Of a stretch of 64,000 nt of DNA, positions 8,581 to 19,294 are shown piece after piece (position 1 is the stretch's first letter; every line of letters begins with the position of its first letter). The stretch spans positions 139,254 to 203,253 of the forward strand of contig CAYNYG010000001.1 of NCBI GenBank assembly GCA_964401365.1. Direction: 5' to 3'. The notes below the pieces were generated by a model. That model was not told the origin of the DNA. It worked only from the letters and a program-made list of their open reading frames with translations, and searched no databases. A program made the translations under genes and the position numbers. This DNA is from an uncultured Planctomycetales bacterium. GTDB lineage: Bacteria > Planctomycetota > Phycisphaerae > UBA1845 > Fen-1342.

Positions 8581-10449
8581 ATGAGCACGCTTACAGAACC
8601 CCGTCCGGCCGGGCGCGGCAAGCCGGCCGAGAGCCTCGAGAGCGCGACCGTACGTTTCGTCGGCGATTCCGGCGACGGCATGCAGCTGGTCGGGACGCAG
8701 TTCACCAACACGTCGGCGGTGTTCGGCAATGACGTCAGCACATTGCCCGACTTTCCGGCCGAGATCCGCGCTCCCGCCGGCACGCTGGCGGGCGTTTCCG
8801 GCTTTCAGATCAACTTCAGCAGCCGCGACATCCACACGCCCGGGGACAAGGTCAACGCGCTGATCGCGATGAACCCGGCGGCGCTGAAGACGAACGTGGG
8901 CGACCTGGAGGATGGGGGGATTCTGATCGTCAACGTGGACGAGTTCACGGCCGGCAACCTGTCGAAGGCGCATTACGCCAGCAACCCGCTGGAGGACGGC
9001 AGTCTGAATCGCTACCGCGTCTACGAGGTGCCGATCACCGCGCACACGGTGGAGGCGGTGAAAGCGGCCGGGCTGGGCGCCAAGGAGGCGGAGCGCTGCA
9101 AGAACTTCTACGCCCTGGGGCTGGTCTTCTGGATGTACGACCGCCCACTGGACACGACGCTCAAGTGGATCGCGGAGAAATTCGCCAAGAAGGCCGCGGT
9201 GGCGCAGGCCAACGCGCTGGCGCTGCGGGCTGGCTTCAACTTCGGGGAGACGGCCGAGATCTTTCCGGTGCGCTATCGCGTAGCGCGGGCCACGCTGCCC
9301 CCGGGCAAGTACCGCAGCCTGACCGGCAACCAGGCCACGGCGCTGGGCCTGATCACCGCGGCGCGGCTGGCGAAGAAGCCGCTGATGTACGGCACGTATC
9401 CGATCACACCTGCCAGCGACATTCTGCACGAGCTGTCGTTGCACAAGAATTTCGACGTGCGGACGTTTCAGGCCGAGGATGAGATCGCCGCGTTCGCCGC
9501 AGCGCTGGGCGCCTCGTTCGCCGGGGCGCTGGGGGCGACCGCGTCGAGCGGGCCGGGCATCGCGCTGAAGCAGGAAGGCATCGGTCTGGCGGTCATGACC
9601 GAGCTGCCGGTGCTGATCATCAACGTGCAGCGCGGCGGGCCGAGCACCGGGCTTCCCACCAAGACCGAGCAGGCCGACCTGCTCCAGGCCATCCTCGGGC
9701 GCAACGGGGAGTGCCCCGTCCCGGTCATCGCGGCGCGCTCGCCGGTGGATTGCTTCTGGACGGTGATCGAGGCGGCCCGCATCGCCATCAAGTACATGAC
9801 CCCGATCTTCGTCCTCACCGACGGGTACCTCGCCAACGGCGCCGAGCCCTGGCTGATTCCCAAGGCAAGCGAGCTGTCCGTCATCGACGTGCGGCATGCG
9901 ACCGACGCCGCCACCTTCCAGCCCTACGCGCGCGACGCCAGCGGCGCGCGGCCCTGGGCCGTGCCCGGCACGCCGGGGCTGGAGCATCGCGTGGGCGGAC
10001 TGGAGAAGCAGCACATCACGGGGAACGTGAACTACGAGCCCGAAAACCATCAGCTCATGATCCAGTTGCGGGCGCAGAAGGTCGCCAACATCGCCAACGA
10101 CATCCCGGACCAGGAGGTCGAGGGACCCACCAGCGGCGAACTGCTGCTGGTGTCGTGGGGCGGGACGTTCGGCACGGTGCGCACCGCCGCCGATCGGGCC
10201 CGCGCGGCCGGGCGCAGCGTGGCGCACATGCACCTGCGGCACCTTCATCCGATGCCGCGCAACCTGGGCGAGATTCTGAAGCGCTACAAGAAGGTCGTGG
10301 TGTGCGAGCTGAACATGGGGCAGCTTCTGCTCCTGCTGCGGTCGCGCTACCTGGTGGATGCGATCGGCCTCAACAAGGTGCAGGGCAAGCCCTTCATGGT
10401 CCGCGACGTCACCGTCCGGATTGACGAAGTGCTCGGAGGTACGCTGTGA
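8581..10449 (+). CDS. korA: 2-oxoglutarate/2-oxoacid:ferredoxin oxidoreductase alpha subunit
   Basis: [32 protein letters not shown] and [10 protein letters not shown] match the KorA/OorA family. It is followed by the beta subunit with a 4-nt overlap. Confidence 0.85.
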   Translation: MSTLTEPRPAGRGKPAESLESATVRFVGDSGDGMQLVGTQFTNTSAVFGNDVSTLPDFPAEIRAPAGTLAGVSGFQINFSSRDIHTPGDKVNALIAMNPAALKTNVGDLEDGGILIVNVDEFTAGNLSKAHYASNPLEDGSLNRYRVYEVPITAHTVEAVKAAGLGAKEAERCKNFYALGLVFWMYDRPLDTTLKWIAEKFAKKAAVAQANALALRAGFNFGETAEIFPVRYRVARATLPPGKYRSLTGNQATALGLITAARLAKKPLMYGTYPITPASDILHELSLHKNFDVRTFQAEDEIAAFAAALGASFAGALGATASSGPGIALKQEGIGLAVMTELPVLIINVQRGGPSTGLPTKTEQADLLQAILGRNGECPVPVIAARSPVDCFWTVIEAARIAIKYMTPIFVLTDGYLANGAEPWLIPKASELSVIDVRHATDAATFQPYARDASGARPWAVPGTPGLEHRVGGLEKQHITGNVNYEPENHQLMIQLRAQKVANIANDIPDQEVEGPTSGELLLVSWGGTFGTVRTAADRARAAGRSVAHMHLRHLHPMPRNLGEILKRYKKVVVCELNMGQLLLLLRSRYLVDAIGLNKVQGKPFMVRDVTVRIDEVLGGTL

Positions 10450-11465
10450 ACGCCCCCGCGGAACTGAACTACACCCCCAAGGACTTCAAGAGCGACCAGG
10501 AGATTCGCTGGTGCCCCGGCTGCGGGGATTACTCCATCCTGGCGCAAGTGCAGAAGATCATGCCCGAGATCGGCGTGCGCCGCGAGGACATGGTCTTCGT
10601 CGCCGGCATCGGGTGCTCCAGCCGCTTCCCCTACTACATGAGCACCTACGGGTTCCACGGCATCCACGGGCGCGCCCCGGCCATCGCCACCGGCGTGAAG
10701 CTCGGCAACCCGGACCTCGACGTCTGGGTGGTCACGGGCGACGGCGACGGGCTGAGCATCGGTGGCAACCACATGCTCCACGCCATCCGGCGCAACATCA
10801 ACCTCAAGATCCTGCTGTTCGACAACCGCATCTACGGCCTGACGAAGGGGCAGTACTCCCCGACCAGCGAGTTCGGCAAGAAGACCAAGTCCACGCCCTT
10901 CGGCTCGGTCGATTATCCGATCCACCCCATCTCGGTCGCGGTGGGAGCCGAGGTGACGTTCGTCGCGCGGACGGTCGACGTCGACGTGAAGCATCTGCAA
11001 ACGGTGCTGCGCCGCGCGGCTCAGCACAAGGGCACCGCCTTCATCCAGATCTACCAGGACTGCAACGTCTTCAACCACAAGGCGTTCTCCTTCGCGACCG
11101 ACCGCGCCGTCAAGGACGATCACGTGCTCTACCTGGAGCACGGAAAGCCCATGGTCTTCGGCAAGGATCGCGACAAGGGAATCCGCCTGAACGGCATGAC
11201 GCCCGAGGTCGTCAGGCTCGGCAACGGAATCACCCCCGACGACCTGCTTCACCATGACGAGACGGCGCCCGAACCGACGCTCGCCTATCTCCTGTCGCGG
11301 ATGCGCTTCCCCGAGTTCCCCGAGCCCCTGGGCGTCTTTCGCGCCGTCGCGCACGACACGTACGAAGACATGGTCATGGCCCAGATCGCCAAGGCCACGC
11401 AGTCGCAGGGCCCCGGCGACCTGGATGCGCTCTTCAACGACGGCGACACCTGGACCGTCAACTAG
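10446..11465 (+). CDS. korB: 2-oxoglutarate/2-oxoacid:ferredoxin oxidoreductase beta subunit (TPP-binding)
   Basis: [18 protein letters not shown] and [12 protein letters not shown]...[22 protein letters not shown] carry the TPP-binding motif. Confidence 0.85.
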   Translation: MNAPAELNYTPKDFKSDQEIRWCPGCGDYSILAQVQKIMPEIGVRREDMVFVAGIGCSSRFPYYMSTYGFHGIHGRAPAIATGVKLGNPDLDVWVVTGDGDGLSIGGNHMLHAIRRNINLKILLFDNRIYGLTKGQYSPTSEFGKKTKSTPFGSVDYPIHPISVAVGAEVTFVARTVDVDVKHLQTVLRRAAQHKGTAFIQIYQDCNVFNHKAFSFATDRAVKDDHVLYLEHGKPMVFGKDRDKGIRLNGMTPEVVRLGNGITPDDLLHHDETAPEPTLAYLLSRMRFPEFPEPLGVFRAVAHDTYEDMVMAQIAKATQSQGPGDLDALFNDGDTWTVN

Positions 11466-11492
11466 CCGCAGGTCCGGTCACGCCGGGATGCG

Positions 11493-12863
11493 ATGAGACG
11501 CGGCGGGCCCTCGGAGGGCGTCGTGCTGGAAACCCTGCTGTCGGCCGCGCTGGGCGCCCTGGCGGGCGCAGTGCTGGGCTGGCTGGCGGGGACCTGGCGG
11601 ACCCGCGCTCCGCTCCTCCAGTCCGACGTGGCGCTGCGCGAGAAGCTGAGCGCGCTGGCCAGCACAGTCGACGCCCTGCGCGGTCAACTGGATGAGGCCG
11701 GTCAGGCGCTCGAAAAGGCCCGCGCCGAGGCCGCCCTGCACCAGTCCGCGCGGGCCGCGGCCGAGGCAAGACTCGACGAGTCGGCCAAGGCGCTCGAGGC
11801 GCAGCGGCAACTGCTCGCCAATGCCGAGGCCGCCTTCAAGGACGCGTTCACCGCCCTGTCCACCCAGGTGCTGCGCGGCAACAGCGAGGAGTTCGCCCGG
11901 CAGGTAAGCGAGAAGGTCCGTCCGCTGTCCGAGGCGCTGGGCCGCTACGAAGCCGAACTCAAGCGCATCGAATCCGCGCGGCAGGAGGCGTACGGCGGGC
12001 TGGACAAGCGGGTCCGCGATCTTGCCGTCCGCAGCGACGACGTCGCCCAGCAGGCGCGGTCGCTGGCGACGGCCCTGCGCTCGCCGACCGTCAAGGGTCG
12101 CTGGGGAGAGTTGGCGTTGCAGCGCGCGGTCGAGGCCGCCGGGCTGAGCGCGCGGTGCGATTTCGAACTCCAGGCGTCGGTGACGACCGACACGGGCCGG
12201 CAGCGGCCCGACATGGTGGTGCACCTGCCCGGCGGACGCCGGCTCGTCGTCGACGCCAAGACGCCCACCAGCGACTACCTCGCGGCCGTGGAGGCCGGCA
12301 CCGAGGAGCAGCGCGTCGCCTGTCTGGAGCGGCACGCCCGCGCCACGCGGCTCCACTTGCAGAACCTCTCCGGCAAGGCGTACTGGAGCCAGTTCGAACG
12401 CACGCCGGAATTCGTCGTGATGTACGTGCCCGGCGAGGCGTTCTTCGCCGCGGCGCTCGAGCGCGACCCGACGTTGATCGAAGACGGCATTCGCGACCGC
12501 GTCGTGCCGGCTTCGCCAACCACGTTCATTGCGCTGCTGCGCGGCGTAGCGGCGGGGTGGAAAGAGCACGACACGGCGGAGAACGCGCACAGGATTCGCG
12601 AGGTGGCGCGTGAGCTGTACGAACGGATCTGCAACTTCGTCGAGCACCTGGCCAGGGTCGGCGACGGTTTGGCCAGGGCCAACGAGGCATACAACAGCGC
12701 GGTGGGGTCGTGGGAGCGCCGCGTGCGGCCGATGAGCAACCGCGTCAACGAGCTGGGCGTGGGCAGCGACGGGACGTCGACCAGCCTCAAGGCCGTGGAT
12801 GCCGGCCTGCGGATTCCGGCGATCGAATCTCAGAGCGAGCTGTTTCCCCGAGACGCGGGGTGA
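11493..12863 (+). CDS. rmuC: DNA recombination protein RmuC
   Basis: N-terminal TM segment and coiled coil, then the RmuC core: SPTVKGRWGELALQRAVEAAGL...DMVVHLPGGRRLVVDAKTP...FVVMYVPGEAFFAAALERDPTLIEDG. Confidence 0.8.
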   Translation: MRRGGPSEGVVLETLLSAALGALAGAVLGWLAGTWRTRAPLLQSDVALREKLSALASTVDALRGQLDEAGQALEKARAEAALHQSARAAAEARLDESAKALEAQRQLLANAEAAFKDAFTALSTQVLRGNSEEFARQVSEKVRPLSEALGRYEAELKRIESARQEAYGGLDKRVRDLAVRSDDVAQQARSLATALRSPTVKGRWGELALQRAVEAAGLSARCDFELQASVTTDTGRQRPDMVVHLPGGRRLVVDAKTPTSDYLAAVEAGTEEQRVACLERHARATRLHLQNLSGKAYWSQFERTPEFVVMYVPGEAFFAAALERDPTLIEDGIRDRVVPASPTTFIALLRGVAAGWKEHDTAENAHRIREVARELYERICNFVEHLARVGDGLARANEAYNSAVGSWERRVRPMSNRVNELGVGSDGTSTSLKAVDAGLRIPAIESQSELFPRDAG

Positions 12864-12990
12864 TCCGGCCGACTGAGTCCACGCCTGGAGCCGGCGGCGC
12901 GCCCAGTGCGCCCTTGGTGGCCCCGTTAGCCATACCCTACGATGCGGCCCGAGGCGCCTGATTGAGCGGCGCCCGCGCCGCGGGCCCGCC

Positions 12991-15291
12991 GTGCCGCAAC
13001 ACCCGCGGAGCGCTCGATTGCCCCAGGATGGAACCCGTCGATTCACGCCGGCCGTCGCGGCGCTGACGGTCGTGGCGCTGTGCACACTGGCGACGTTCTG
13101 GCCGGCGCTGTCGGCCCGCGCGGCGTGGCTGGATGACAACGACTACGTCGCGAGGAACGACCTGGTGACCCATCCGGGTTGGGCGTCGGCGCGGCGCCTG
13201 CTCGGCGAAGTCTGGCTGCCTTCGACCGTCCGCGGCTATTACCACCCGCTGGCGATGATCTCGTTGATGCTCGACGCCGCCCGCGGGGGTACGCTGGCCG
13301 AGCCGGCGGCGTTCCACCAGACGCACCTCGTGCTGCACACGCTCAACGCGCTGCTGGCGGCGCTGCTGGTGCGGCAGCTTGTGCGAAGCTGGCTCGCGGC
13401 GGCGGCGATCGGCCTCCTGTTCGGCGTGCATCCCGTCCAGGTCGAATCGGTGCTCTGGATCGCCGAGCGCAAGACGCTCCTGGCCAGCTTCTTCGCGCTG
13501 CTGAGCCTGAACGCCTACGTCGCCTACATCGCGTACGCGCGGCCGGCGTCCGGCGCCGGACCGCAGCGCGGACGGCGGCGCTGGATCGCGTACGCGGCCA
13601 CGCTGCTCTGCTTCGCGCTGGCGTTGCTGTCGAAGCCGACGGCGGTTCCCCTGCCGCTGCTGCTGCTCGTGCTGGATTACTGGCCGCTGCGCCGGCTGAG
13701 CTGGCGCAGCGTGGTCGAGAAAGCGCCGCATTTCGGGCTGGCGCTGCTGGGCGCGATCGTGACGTACGTGTCGCAGGCGCGGAGCGGGGACGTGGCGTCG
13801 CCGCTGGACGCAACCCCGGCGGCCAAGGGCTTGCTCGCGGCTCACAACCTCATCTTCTACCTGCGGACCGTGGTGCTGCCGATCGACCTCCGCTGGTACC
13901 ACCCGTTTCCGGAGCCGTTCGGCATCACGCAGCCGGCGGTCCTGACCGGCGTAATCGGAAGCCTGGTTCTGGCGGCGGCCGTGCTCGCCGCGCTGCGGTT
14001 CACTCGCGCGCCGGCCGCGGGGCTGGCGTTCTTCGCGCTGGCGGTCTTTCCCAGCCTGGGCGTGGTCGGATTCACATCGGCAGTCGCCGCCAACCGCTTC
14101 GCCTATCTCCCGTGCCTCGGGCTGTACCTGCCGCTGGCGGCCTGGATCGCCGCACGGGCGGCCCGCACGGACCTGGCCGCGGCCACGCGCATCGCGCCGG
14201 GGGCCGCCACCGCGGTCGTGGCCCTGATTGCCGCCGGGCTTTCGCGCTCCTACATGCGCGATTGGCGCGACACGGACACGCTGTCGCTGGCGGCGCTGCG
14301 CCAGGCGCCGGACGCCCCGCTCATGCAGAACTTTCGCGCCAACCACCTTTCCGAAACAGGGCGGCTGGACGAGGCGATCGAGCTCTACCGCCGGGCGCTG
14401 CGCGTCAACCCGGCCTTCGCGATCGGTTACTTCAACCTCGGCAACGCCCTGTTCGCCCGGGGCGAATACCTCGACGCGGCTCGCGCGTTCGAGTTGGCCG
14501 TCGTCGGGGCCCGCAGCGACCCACGCCCGCTTCTGGCGCTGGCCGCCGCGCGCGACAAGCTCGAACGCTTCGACGGCGCGCGCGACGCGTATCGCGCCGC
14601 GCTGCGGCTCCGGCCCGGCGACGCGCGCGCGCATCGCGACCTGGCGTCGGTGCTGCTCAAGCTCGGGGACGTGGCGGGCGCCGTGGCCGAGTTGCACGAG
14701 GCGACGCGGCTCGGGCCCGCCGATGCCGCGTTTCGGCGGTCCGTGGCGCTGCTGCTGTCCGGCGCCGGGCGGTTCAGCGAGGCCATCGACATGATGGCCC
14801 TCGCCGTACAGGCCGACCCGCAGGACGCGGCGTCGCGGGCCAATTTCGGCTCGATGCTGGCGTCGGCCGGGCGGCAGGCGCAGGCGGTGGAGCAGTTCGA
14901 GGCGGCGCTGCGGCTGGATCCGTCGCAGCCGGGCGCGCTCATCGGGTTGGGTGTGCTGGCGGCGCGGCGCGAGGATTTCGCCACCGCCGCCGAGCACTTC
15001 CGGCGCGCCGCCGACGCGCACGCCGACAACCTGGTGGCGCGGGTGAATCTCTCTGCGGCGCTGGAGCGGCTGGGACGCTTCGAAGAGGCCGCCCTGCGCT
15101 ACGCGGAGGCCGTGCGGCTCGACCCGCGCGACCTGGACCTCCGTCTGAGCCTGGCGGGGAGCCTGAAACGGGCCGGGCGGATCGACGACGCGGCGCGCGA
15201 GATCCGCGCCGTGCTCGACATCGAGCCAGGTCATGCCCAGGCGCGGGCGGACCTGGCCGGCTTGAGCTCGACGCGGCCCGCGCCGCCCTGA
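12991..15291 (+). CDS. TMTC-like membrane protein: N-terminal polytopic DUF1736/PMT-like domain plus C-terminal TPR repeats
   Basis: About 420 aa of TM helices (WLDDNDYVARNDLVTH, HLVLHTLNALLAALLV) are followed by at least eight TPR-like units (AIELYRRALRVNPAFAIGYFNLGNALFARGEY and others). The start is uncertain. Confidence 0.75.
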   Translation: MPQHPRSARLPQDGTRRFTPAVAALTVVALCTLATFWPALSARAAWLDDNDYVARNDLVTHPGWASARRLLGEVWLPSTVRGYYHPLAMISLMLDAARGGTLAEPAAFHQTHLVLHTLNALLAALLVRQLVRSWLAAAAIGLLFGVHPVQVESVLWIAERKTLLASFFALLSLNAYVAYIAYARPASGAGPQRGRRRWIAYAATLLCFALALLSKPTAVPLPLLLLVLDYWPLRRLSWRSVVEKAPHFGLALLGAIVTYVSQARSGDVASPLDATPAAKGLLAAHNLIFYLRTVVLPIDLRWYHPFPEPFGITQPAVLTGVIGSLVLAAAVLAALRFTRAPAAGLAFFALAVFPSLGVVGFTSAVAANRFAYLPCLGLYLPLAAWIAARAARTDLAAATRIAPGAATAVVALIAAGLSRSYMRDWRDTDTLSLAALRQAPDAPLMQNFRANHLSETGRLDEAIELYRRALRVNPAFAIGYFNLGNALFARGEYLDAARAFELAVVGARSDPRPLLALAAARDKLERFDGARDAYRAALRLRPGDARAHRDLASVLLKLGDVAGAVAELHEATRLGPADAAFRRSVALLLSGAGRFSEAIDMMALAVQADPQDAASRANFGSMLASAGRQAQAVEQFEAALRLDPSQPGALIGLGVLAARREDFATAAEHFRRAADAHADNLVARVNLSAALERLGRFEEAALRYAEAVRLDPRDLDLRLSLAGSLKRAGRIDDAAREIRAVLDIEPGHAQARADLAGLSSTRPAPP

Positions 15292-16271
15292 TGGAGTTCT
15301 CCATGTGTGCCGCACCCCGGGTCCTGATCACGCGCCGACTTCCGCCTCCCGCCGCCGAACGCCTCGCCGCGGAGGGCTGCGTGGTGGACGTTCTGCCGTT
15401 CGACGATCCTCCGCCGCGCGAGCTCGTTCTTGACCGCGTTCGTGGCGCGGCGGCCGTCGTCTGCACGCTCACCGAGCGGATCGACGCCGAGCTGCTCGCG
15501 ACCGCCGGCGAAGGGCTGCGCGTCGTCGCAACGTTCGCCGTGGGATACGACAACATCGACCTGGCGGCGTGCGCGGCGCGCGGCGTGCGCGTCACGAACA
15601 CGCCCGGGGTGCTGACGAACGCCACCGCCGACATCGCCTGGTGCCTGATCCTGGCGGCAGCGCGGCACGTCGTGCCCGGGGATCGGCTCGTTCGCACCGG
15701 CCAGTGGCGCGGCTGGACCCCGACGCAGCTCCTGGGCCTGGAGCTGAGCGGCGCGACTCTGGGCGTCGTGGGCGCGGGCCGGATCGGCTCGGCCGTCGCG
15801 CGGCGCGGCGCTGGTTTCGACATGCGGATTCTCTACGCTCACCCGCGCGCCAATGAGGAGCTGGACCAGGCCCTGGCGGCGCGGCGGGTGGAGCTTGCCG
15901 AGCTGCTGCACCAGGCGGACGTGGTGACGCTGCACGTCCCCATGCGGCCCGGGAACCGGCACCTGATCGGCGCGGCGCAGCTCGAGCAGATGAAGCCGAC
16001 CGCGATCCTGATCAACACCGCGCGGGGTCCGATCGTCGACGAAACGGCGCTGGTCGAGTGCCTGCGGCAGCGACGGATCGCGGCAGCGGGCCTGGACGTG
16101 TACGAGGCGGAGCCGCGGCTGGCGCCGGGGCTGGCGGAGCTGCCCAACGTGGTGCTGCTGCCGCACCTGGGCAGCGGGACGACGGCGACGCGGCAGGCGA
16201 TGTCGCGCATGGTCGCCGAGAACGCACTGGCCGTGCTGCGCGGGGACGAGCCGCCGAACCCGGTGCGTTGA
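15291..16271 (+). CDS. D-isomer-specific 2-hydroxyacid dehydrogenase (glyoxylate/hydroxypyruvate reductase-like)
   Basis: GYDNIDLAACAARGVRVTNTPGVLTNATAD, the GVVGAGRIGSAVARR Rossmann motif and NTARGPIVDETAL. The ATG overlaps the upstream TGA (TGATG). Confidence 0.85.
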   Translation: MEFSMCAAPRVLITRRLPPPAAERLAAEGCVVDVLPFDDPPPRELVLDRVRGAAAVVCTLTERIDAELLATAGEGLRVVATFAVGYDNIDLAACAARGVRVTNTPGVLTNATADIAWCLILAAARHVVPGDRLVRTGQWRGWTPTQLLGLELSGATLGVVGAGRIGSAVARRGAGFDMRILYAHPRANEELDQALAARRVELAELLHQADVVTLHVPMRPGNRHLIGAAQLEQMKPTAILINTARGPIVDETALVECLRQRRIAAAGLDVYEAEPRLAPGLAELPNVVLLPHLGSGTTATRQAMSRMVAENALAVLRGDEPPNPVR

Positions 16272-16299
16272 GCAAGGCGCTGCTCGCGGGCAACGCGCC

Positions 16300-17232
16300 T
16301 CAGCGGGTGACGCGCGCCCGCTCGGGACCGACGGGCCACAGATCCGTCTTGCGGATGAAGCGCGCCCCGCGCTCGCTCAGGAGGTGGTCGATCGCCGCCT
16401 GGGCCGCCCGGCCCGGCGGTTCGTGGGCGTACACGTAAATCATCTTGGCGTAGCCGTACTCCCCCGACTCGATTTCTTCGAGCGATGGCAGGGCGGGCGT
16501 GCCGTGCCGCTCCATTTTCAGGCCCAGGTAGCGCACGTCGCCGTCGTAGCCGATCGGCGCGAAGCCCAGGGCGCCCGGGTCCTCGGCGACCTTCTGCACG
16601 ATCTGCTCCGGCGTGTCGAGCGCGACCCAGGTCGGCTCGCTGAACCAGATGCGCGCCTGCTGCGCGAGCAGTTGCCCGCCGCGCGTGCCCTTCTGTGGCC
16701 CGTAGATCGTCACCGGCACCTCGCGCCCCCCGAGCTGCTTCCAGTCGGCGATGCGCTTCTGCATGGCCAGCTTCAGGTGCCCGGCGAAGATCGCGTCGAC
16801 CGGATTGTCCAGGTTCACGTACAGCCCGAATCCGTAGTAGGCCACCCGGTATCCCACCAGCCGGGCCTCCCCGAAGTCCTTCACCTCCAGCTCGGAAGGC
16901 GGGCGATCGGTGCAGGCGATGTCGCACTCGCCGCGCCGCAGGGCCTGGTATCCGTTCTGTGACAGGTACACCGGCGCGACCGGCGTTACGTCGAAACCCG
17001 GCGAGCGAGCCTCGCTGAGCCAATAGGACACCAGCTCGACCGGAATCTGCGCCCCGGCTACGCGCAGCCGGATGGTCTGCCCGAGCTGTGCCCGGCCGCA
17101 CCCGCCCGCCGCGGTGAGCGTCGCGAGGCAGCAGGCCAGGACCGCGCGCCGCGCTGGCCCGGACGGCGCGGGCGAAGCGATGGGGCCGACAGCGGATCGG
17201 GACCGAAAAAAGGCGTCGTGCATGCCGGGCAT
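16300..17232 (-). CDS. PstS-like periplasmic substrate-binding lipoprotein (PBP superfamily), orphan
   Basis: Lipobox LATLTAAGGC. VPVTIYGPQKGTRGGQLL...LGFAPIGY resembles phosphate-binding PstS. No pstCAB genes are adjacent. The start is set at MPGMHD. Confidence 0.6.
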   Translation of the reverse strand: MPGMHDAFFRSRSAVGPIASPAPSGPARRAVLACCLATLTAAGGCGRAQLGQTIRLRVAGAQIPVELVSYWLSEARSPGFDVTPVAPVYLSQNGYQALRRGECDIACTDRPPSELEVKDFGEARLVGYRVAYYGFGLYVNLDNPVDAIFAGHLKLAMQKRIADWKQLGGREVPVTIYGPQKGTRGGQLLAQQARIWFSEPTWVALDTPEQIVQKVAEDPGALGFAPIGYDGDVRYLGLKMERHGTPALPSLEEIESGEYGYAKMIYVYAHEPPGRAAQAAIDHLLSERGARFIRKTDLWPVGPERARVTR

Positions 17233-17306
17233 TGTACGCGCATCGCCGTCGCGAGCGGTGCGATCACCCCAACTCAAGCGCGCCGCGTGGTGCGTCGAAT
17301 TCACAC

Positions 17307-18584
17307 ATGGACGACGACCCGCGCGGGGCTCGCGCAGATCATGCGCCGCCCGGCGGGCGCCTGCCGAATCCGGAAAGGACCAACGTGGCCTCCCCAACGA
17401 CACCGGCCGCGCCGCGGGCGCTCGTCATCGACACCCTGGGAAAGACGCCGGACCTGCGCGCCATGCTGAAGGAAAGCGGTCTGGCGCCGCGGGCGTTCGA
17501 CCTGCGCCGCCCGGCGACCGACCGCGACCTGCGCGAGACGGACGTGGCGGTGGTGTCGGTGGACTGGTCGCGGCTGGAGGGCTGCGCCGACAAGCTGGTG
17601 AACCTGATCGACACGTTCGCGCGGGCGCACATTGCGACGCTGGTGGTGGGCGTGCCGGACGAGGTGGCGCTCGAGAGCAGCCCGCTGATCGACCGGGTGC
17701 GGGGCGCGCCGACCGCGGCCGACATCGAATCCCGTCTCCAGACCTTTGCGCGCTTCGCGCCCATGATCCGCCGCCTGGACCGCGAACTGCACCACCTTCA
17801 GCGGCTGGGCCGCCGGCTGAATCACCACTTCGCCGACATCGACCAGGAGATGCGGCTGGCCGGGCGGCTGCAACGCGACTTTCTGCCGCGCGGCGCGCCG
17901 AACGTGCCGCCGCTGAGTTTCGAGGCGCTCTTCCGCCCGGCGACGTGGGTGAGCGGCGACACCTACGACATCTTCCGCATCGACGAGCGGCACGTGGGGG
18001 TGCTCTTGGCCGACGCGGTCGGACACGGAATGGCCGCCGCCCTGCTGACGATGTTTCTGCGGCAGGCCTTGCAGTGCAAGCAGATCGACGGGAAGAGCTA
18101 CGCCGTCTGCTCCGCGGCCGACGTGGTCGGCGGTCTGCACCGCGCCCTGTTGCAGCAGTCGCTGCCCAACTGCTGGTTCATCACCGCTTCGTACCTGGTG
18201 ATCAACACGGCCACGCTCGAGCTCCAGCACGCGCGCGGTGGGGCGCCGTTCGCGATCTACGCTCCGTCCAAGGGACCGGTGCGCGAACTGTCCGCGCCCG
18301 GCATGCTGCTGGGCCTGCCGGACGTGATCGACTCCTTCGGGCAGGACCAGATCGCGCTCAACCCGGGCGACAAGGTGATCCTGTACAGCGACGGCGTCGA
18401 GGACGCATTCATCAGCGCGCGCAGCCCGGGGGAGGTGAAGTTCCGCCCGGAGCTCAACGACTGGGTGCGCATGCCGGCGCGCAGGATGATCCAGACGCTT
18501 GGCGATCACCTCGACCGCAAGGAAGGCTCGCTCAACCCGGCTGACGACTGCACGGTGGTCGTGGTCGAGGTCGCCGGCGGGTAG
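17307..18584 (+). CDS. PP2C/SpoIIE-family serine phosphatase (RsbU-like) with N-terminal receiver-like domain
   Basis: The C-terminal domain (PATWVSGDTYDIFRIDERHVGVLLADAVGHGMAAALLTMFL...ILYSDGVEDAF) has SpoIIE motifs. The N-terminal ~150 aa (ALVIDTLGKTPDLRAMLKESGL...DVAVVSVDW) look like a CheY-like receiver. It is divergent from the PstS-like gene. Confidence 0.75.
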   Translation: MDDDPRGARADHAPPGGRLPNPERTNVASPTTPAAPRALVIDTLGKTPDLRAMLKESGLAPRAFDLRRPATDRDLRETDVAVVSVDWSRLEGCADKLVNLIDTFARAHIATLVVGVPDEVALESSPLIDRVRGAPTAADIESRLQTFARFAPMIRRLDRELHHLQRLGRRLNHHFADIDQEMRLAGRLQRDFLPRGAPNVPPLSFEALFRPATWVSGDTYDIFRIDERHVGVLLADAVGHGMAAALLTMFLRQALQCKQIDGKSYAVCSAADVVGGLHRALLQQSLPNCWFITASYLVINTATLELQHARGGAPFAIYAPSKGPVRELSAPGMLLGLPDVIDSFGQDQIALNPGDKVILYSDGVEDAFISARSPGEVKFRPELNDWVRMPARRMIQTLGDHLDRKEGSLNPADDCTVVVVEVAGG

Positions 18585-18617
18585 CGCCGCCCCGTCCCGC
18601 ACAGCGGCACGCCGCAT

Positions 18618-19259
18618 TCAATGGCCGTCCGCGTGCAGCTCCAGCGCCAGACGCACAAGTCGCGCGGCCACGGTCCGCTTCGTCGCGGCCGGCCACGCAC
18701 GCCAGATCCCACCGCGGGTCATAACCTCCACCGCCGCGCGGCGCCCGCCGATGTTCCCCGCGCGGTTCAGCACGATCGCGTCGAGCCCTTTGCGCTCCAG
18801 CTTGTCCGCGGCGCGGGCCCGAGCCGCGAGGTCCTGGAGCGCGAACCCGATCACCGTCTGCCCGCGGCGGCGGCGCTGCGCCAGGGCCGCCAGGATGTCG
18901 GCCGTCGGTGCCAGGCGCAGCGTGCGCTCGCGGCCGCTCTTGGGGAGCTTGTACCGGCTGGGCGCCGCGGGGGTGTAGTCCGCGACCGCTGCGGTCATGA
19001 TCAGGACGTCATGGCGCGGCCAGGCCGACAGGCATGCCGCCAGCATCTCGGCCGCGGACACGACCGGGACGGCCCGAACGCCCGGCGGCGGGCGCAGCTC
19101 GACCGGACCGTGAATCAGCGTGGCGAAGTGCCCGGCGGCGCGTGCCGCGGCGGCGACCGCGAAGCCCATCCGCCCGCTCGATGCGTTCGACAGGTACCGC
19201 ACGGGGTCGAGGTGTTCGCGCGTCGGTCCGGCGGTAATCAGGAATCGCAGCCGCTTCAT
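18618..19259 (-). CDS. coaB: Phosphopantothenate-cysteine ligase (CoaB), encoded separately from CoaC
   Basis: MKRLRFLITAGPTREHLDPVRYLSNASSGRMGFAVAAAA is the CoaB signature. Its own ATG at 19259 has a GGAG RBS. A 35-nt gap and a frame change separate it from the upstream CoaC ORF. Confidence 0.75.
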   Translation of the reverse strand: MKRLRFLITAGPTREHLDPVRYLSNASSGRMGFAVAAAARAAGHFATLIHGPVELRPPPGVRAVPVVSAAEMLAACLSAWPRHDVLIMTAAVADYTPAAPSRYKLPKSGRERTLRLAPTADILAALAQRRRRGQTVIGFALQDLAARARAADKLERKGLDAIVLNRAGNIGGRRAAVEVMTRGGIWRAWPAATKRTVAARLVRLALELHADGH

Positions 19260-19294
19260 CGGGACTCCGCCGCGCCGCCCGCCGTCGCACCGCA

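Noticed and set aside
8464-10248. 594-aa minus ORF
   Set aside because: It is antisense to korA and has an Arg/Gly-rich low-complexity product.
12937-15315. 792-aa minus-strand ORF antisense to the TMTC-like gene
   Set aside because: It is extremely Arg/Pro/Gly-rich with no motifs. This is a typical high-GC antisense shadow ORF, and the plus-strand frame has clear TM and TPR features.
13179-16271. 1030-aa plus-strand ORF
   Set aside because: Only its last ~327 codons (from ATG 15291) form the 2-hydroxyacid dehydrogenase. The upstream part is an out-of-frame shadow of the TMTC-like gene.
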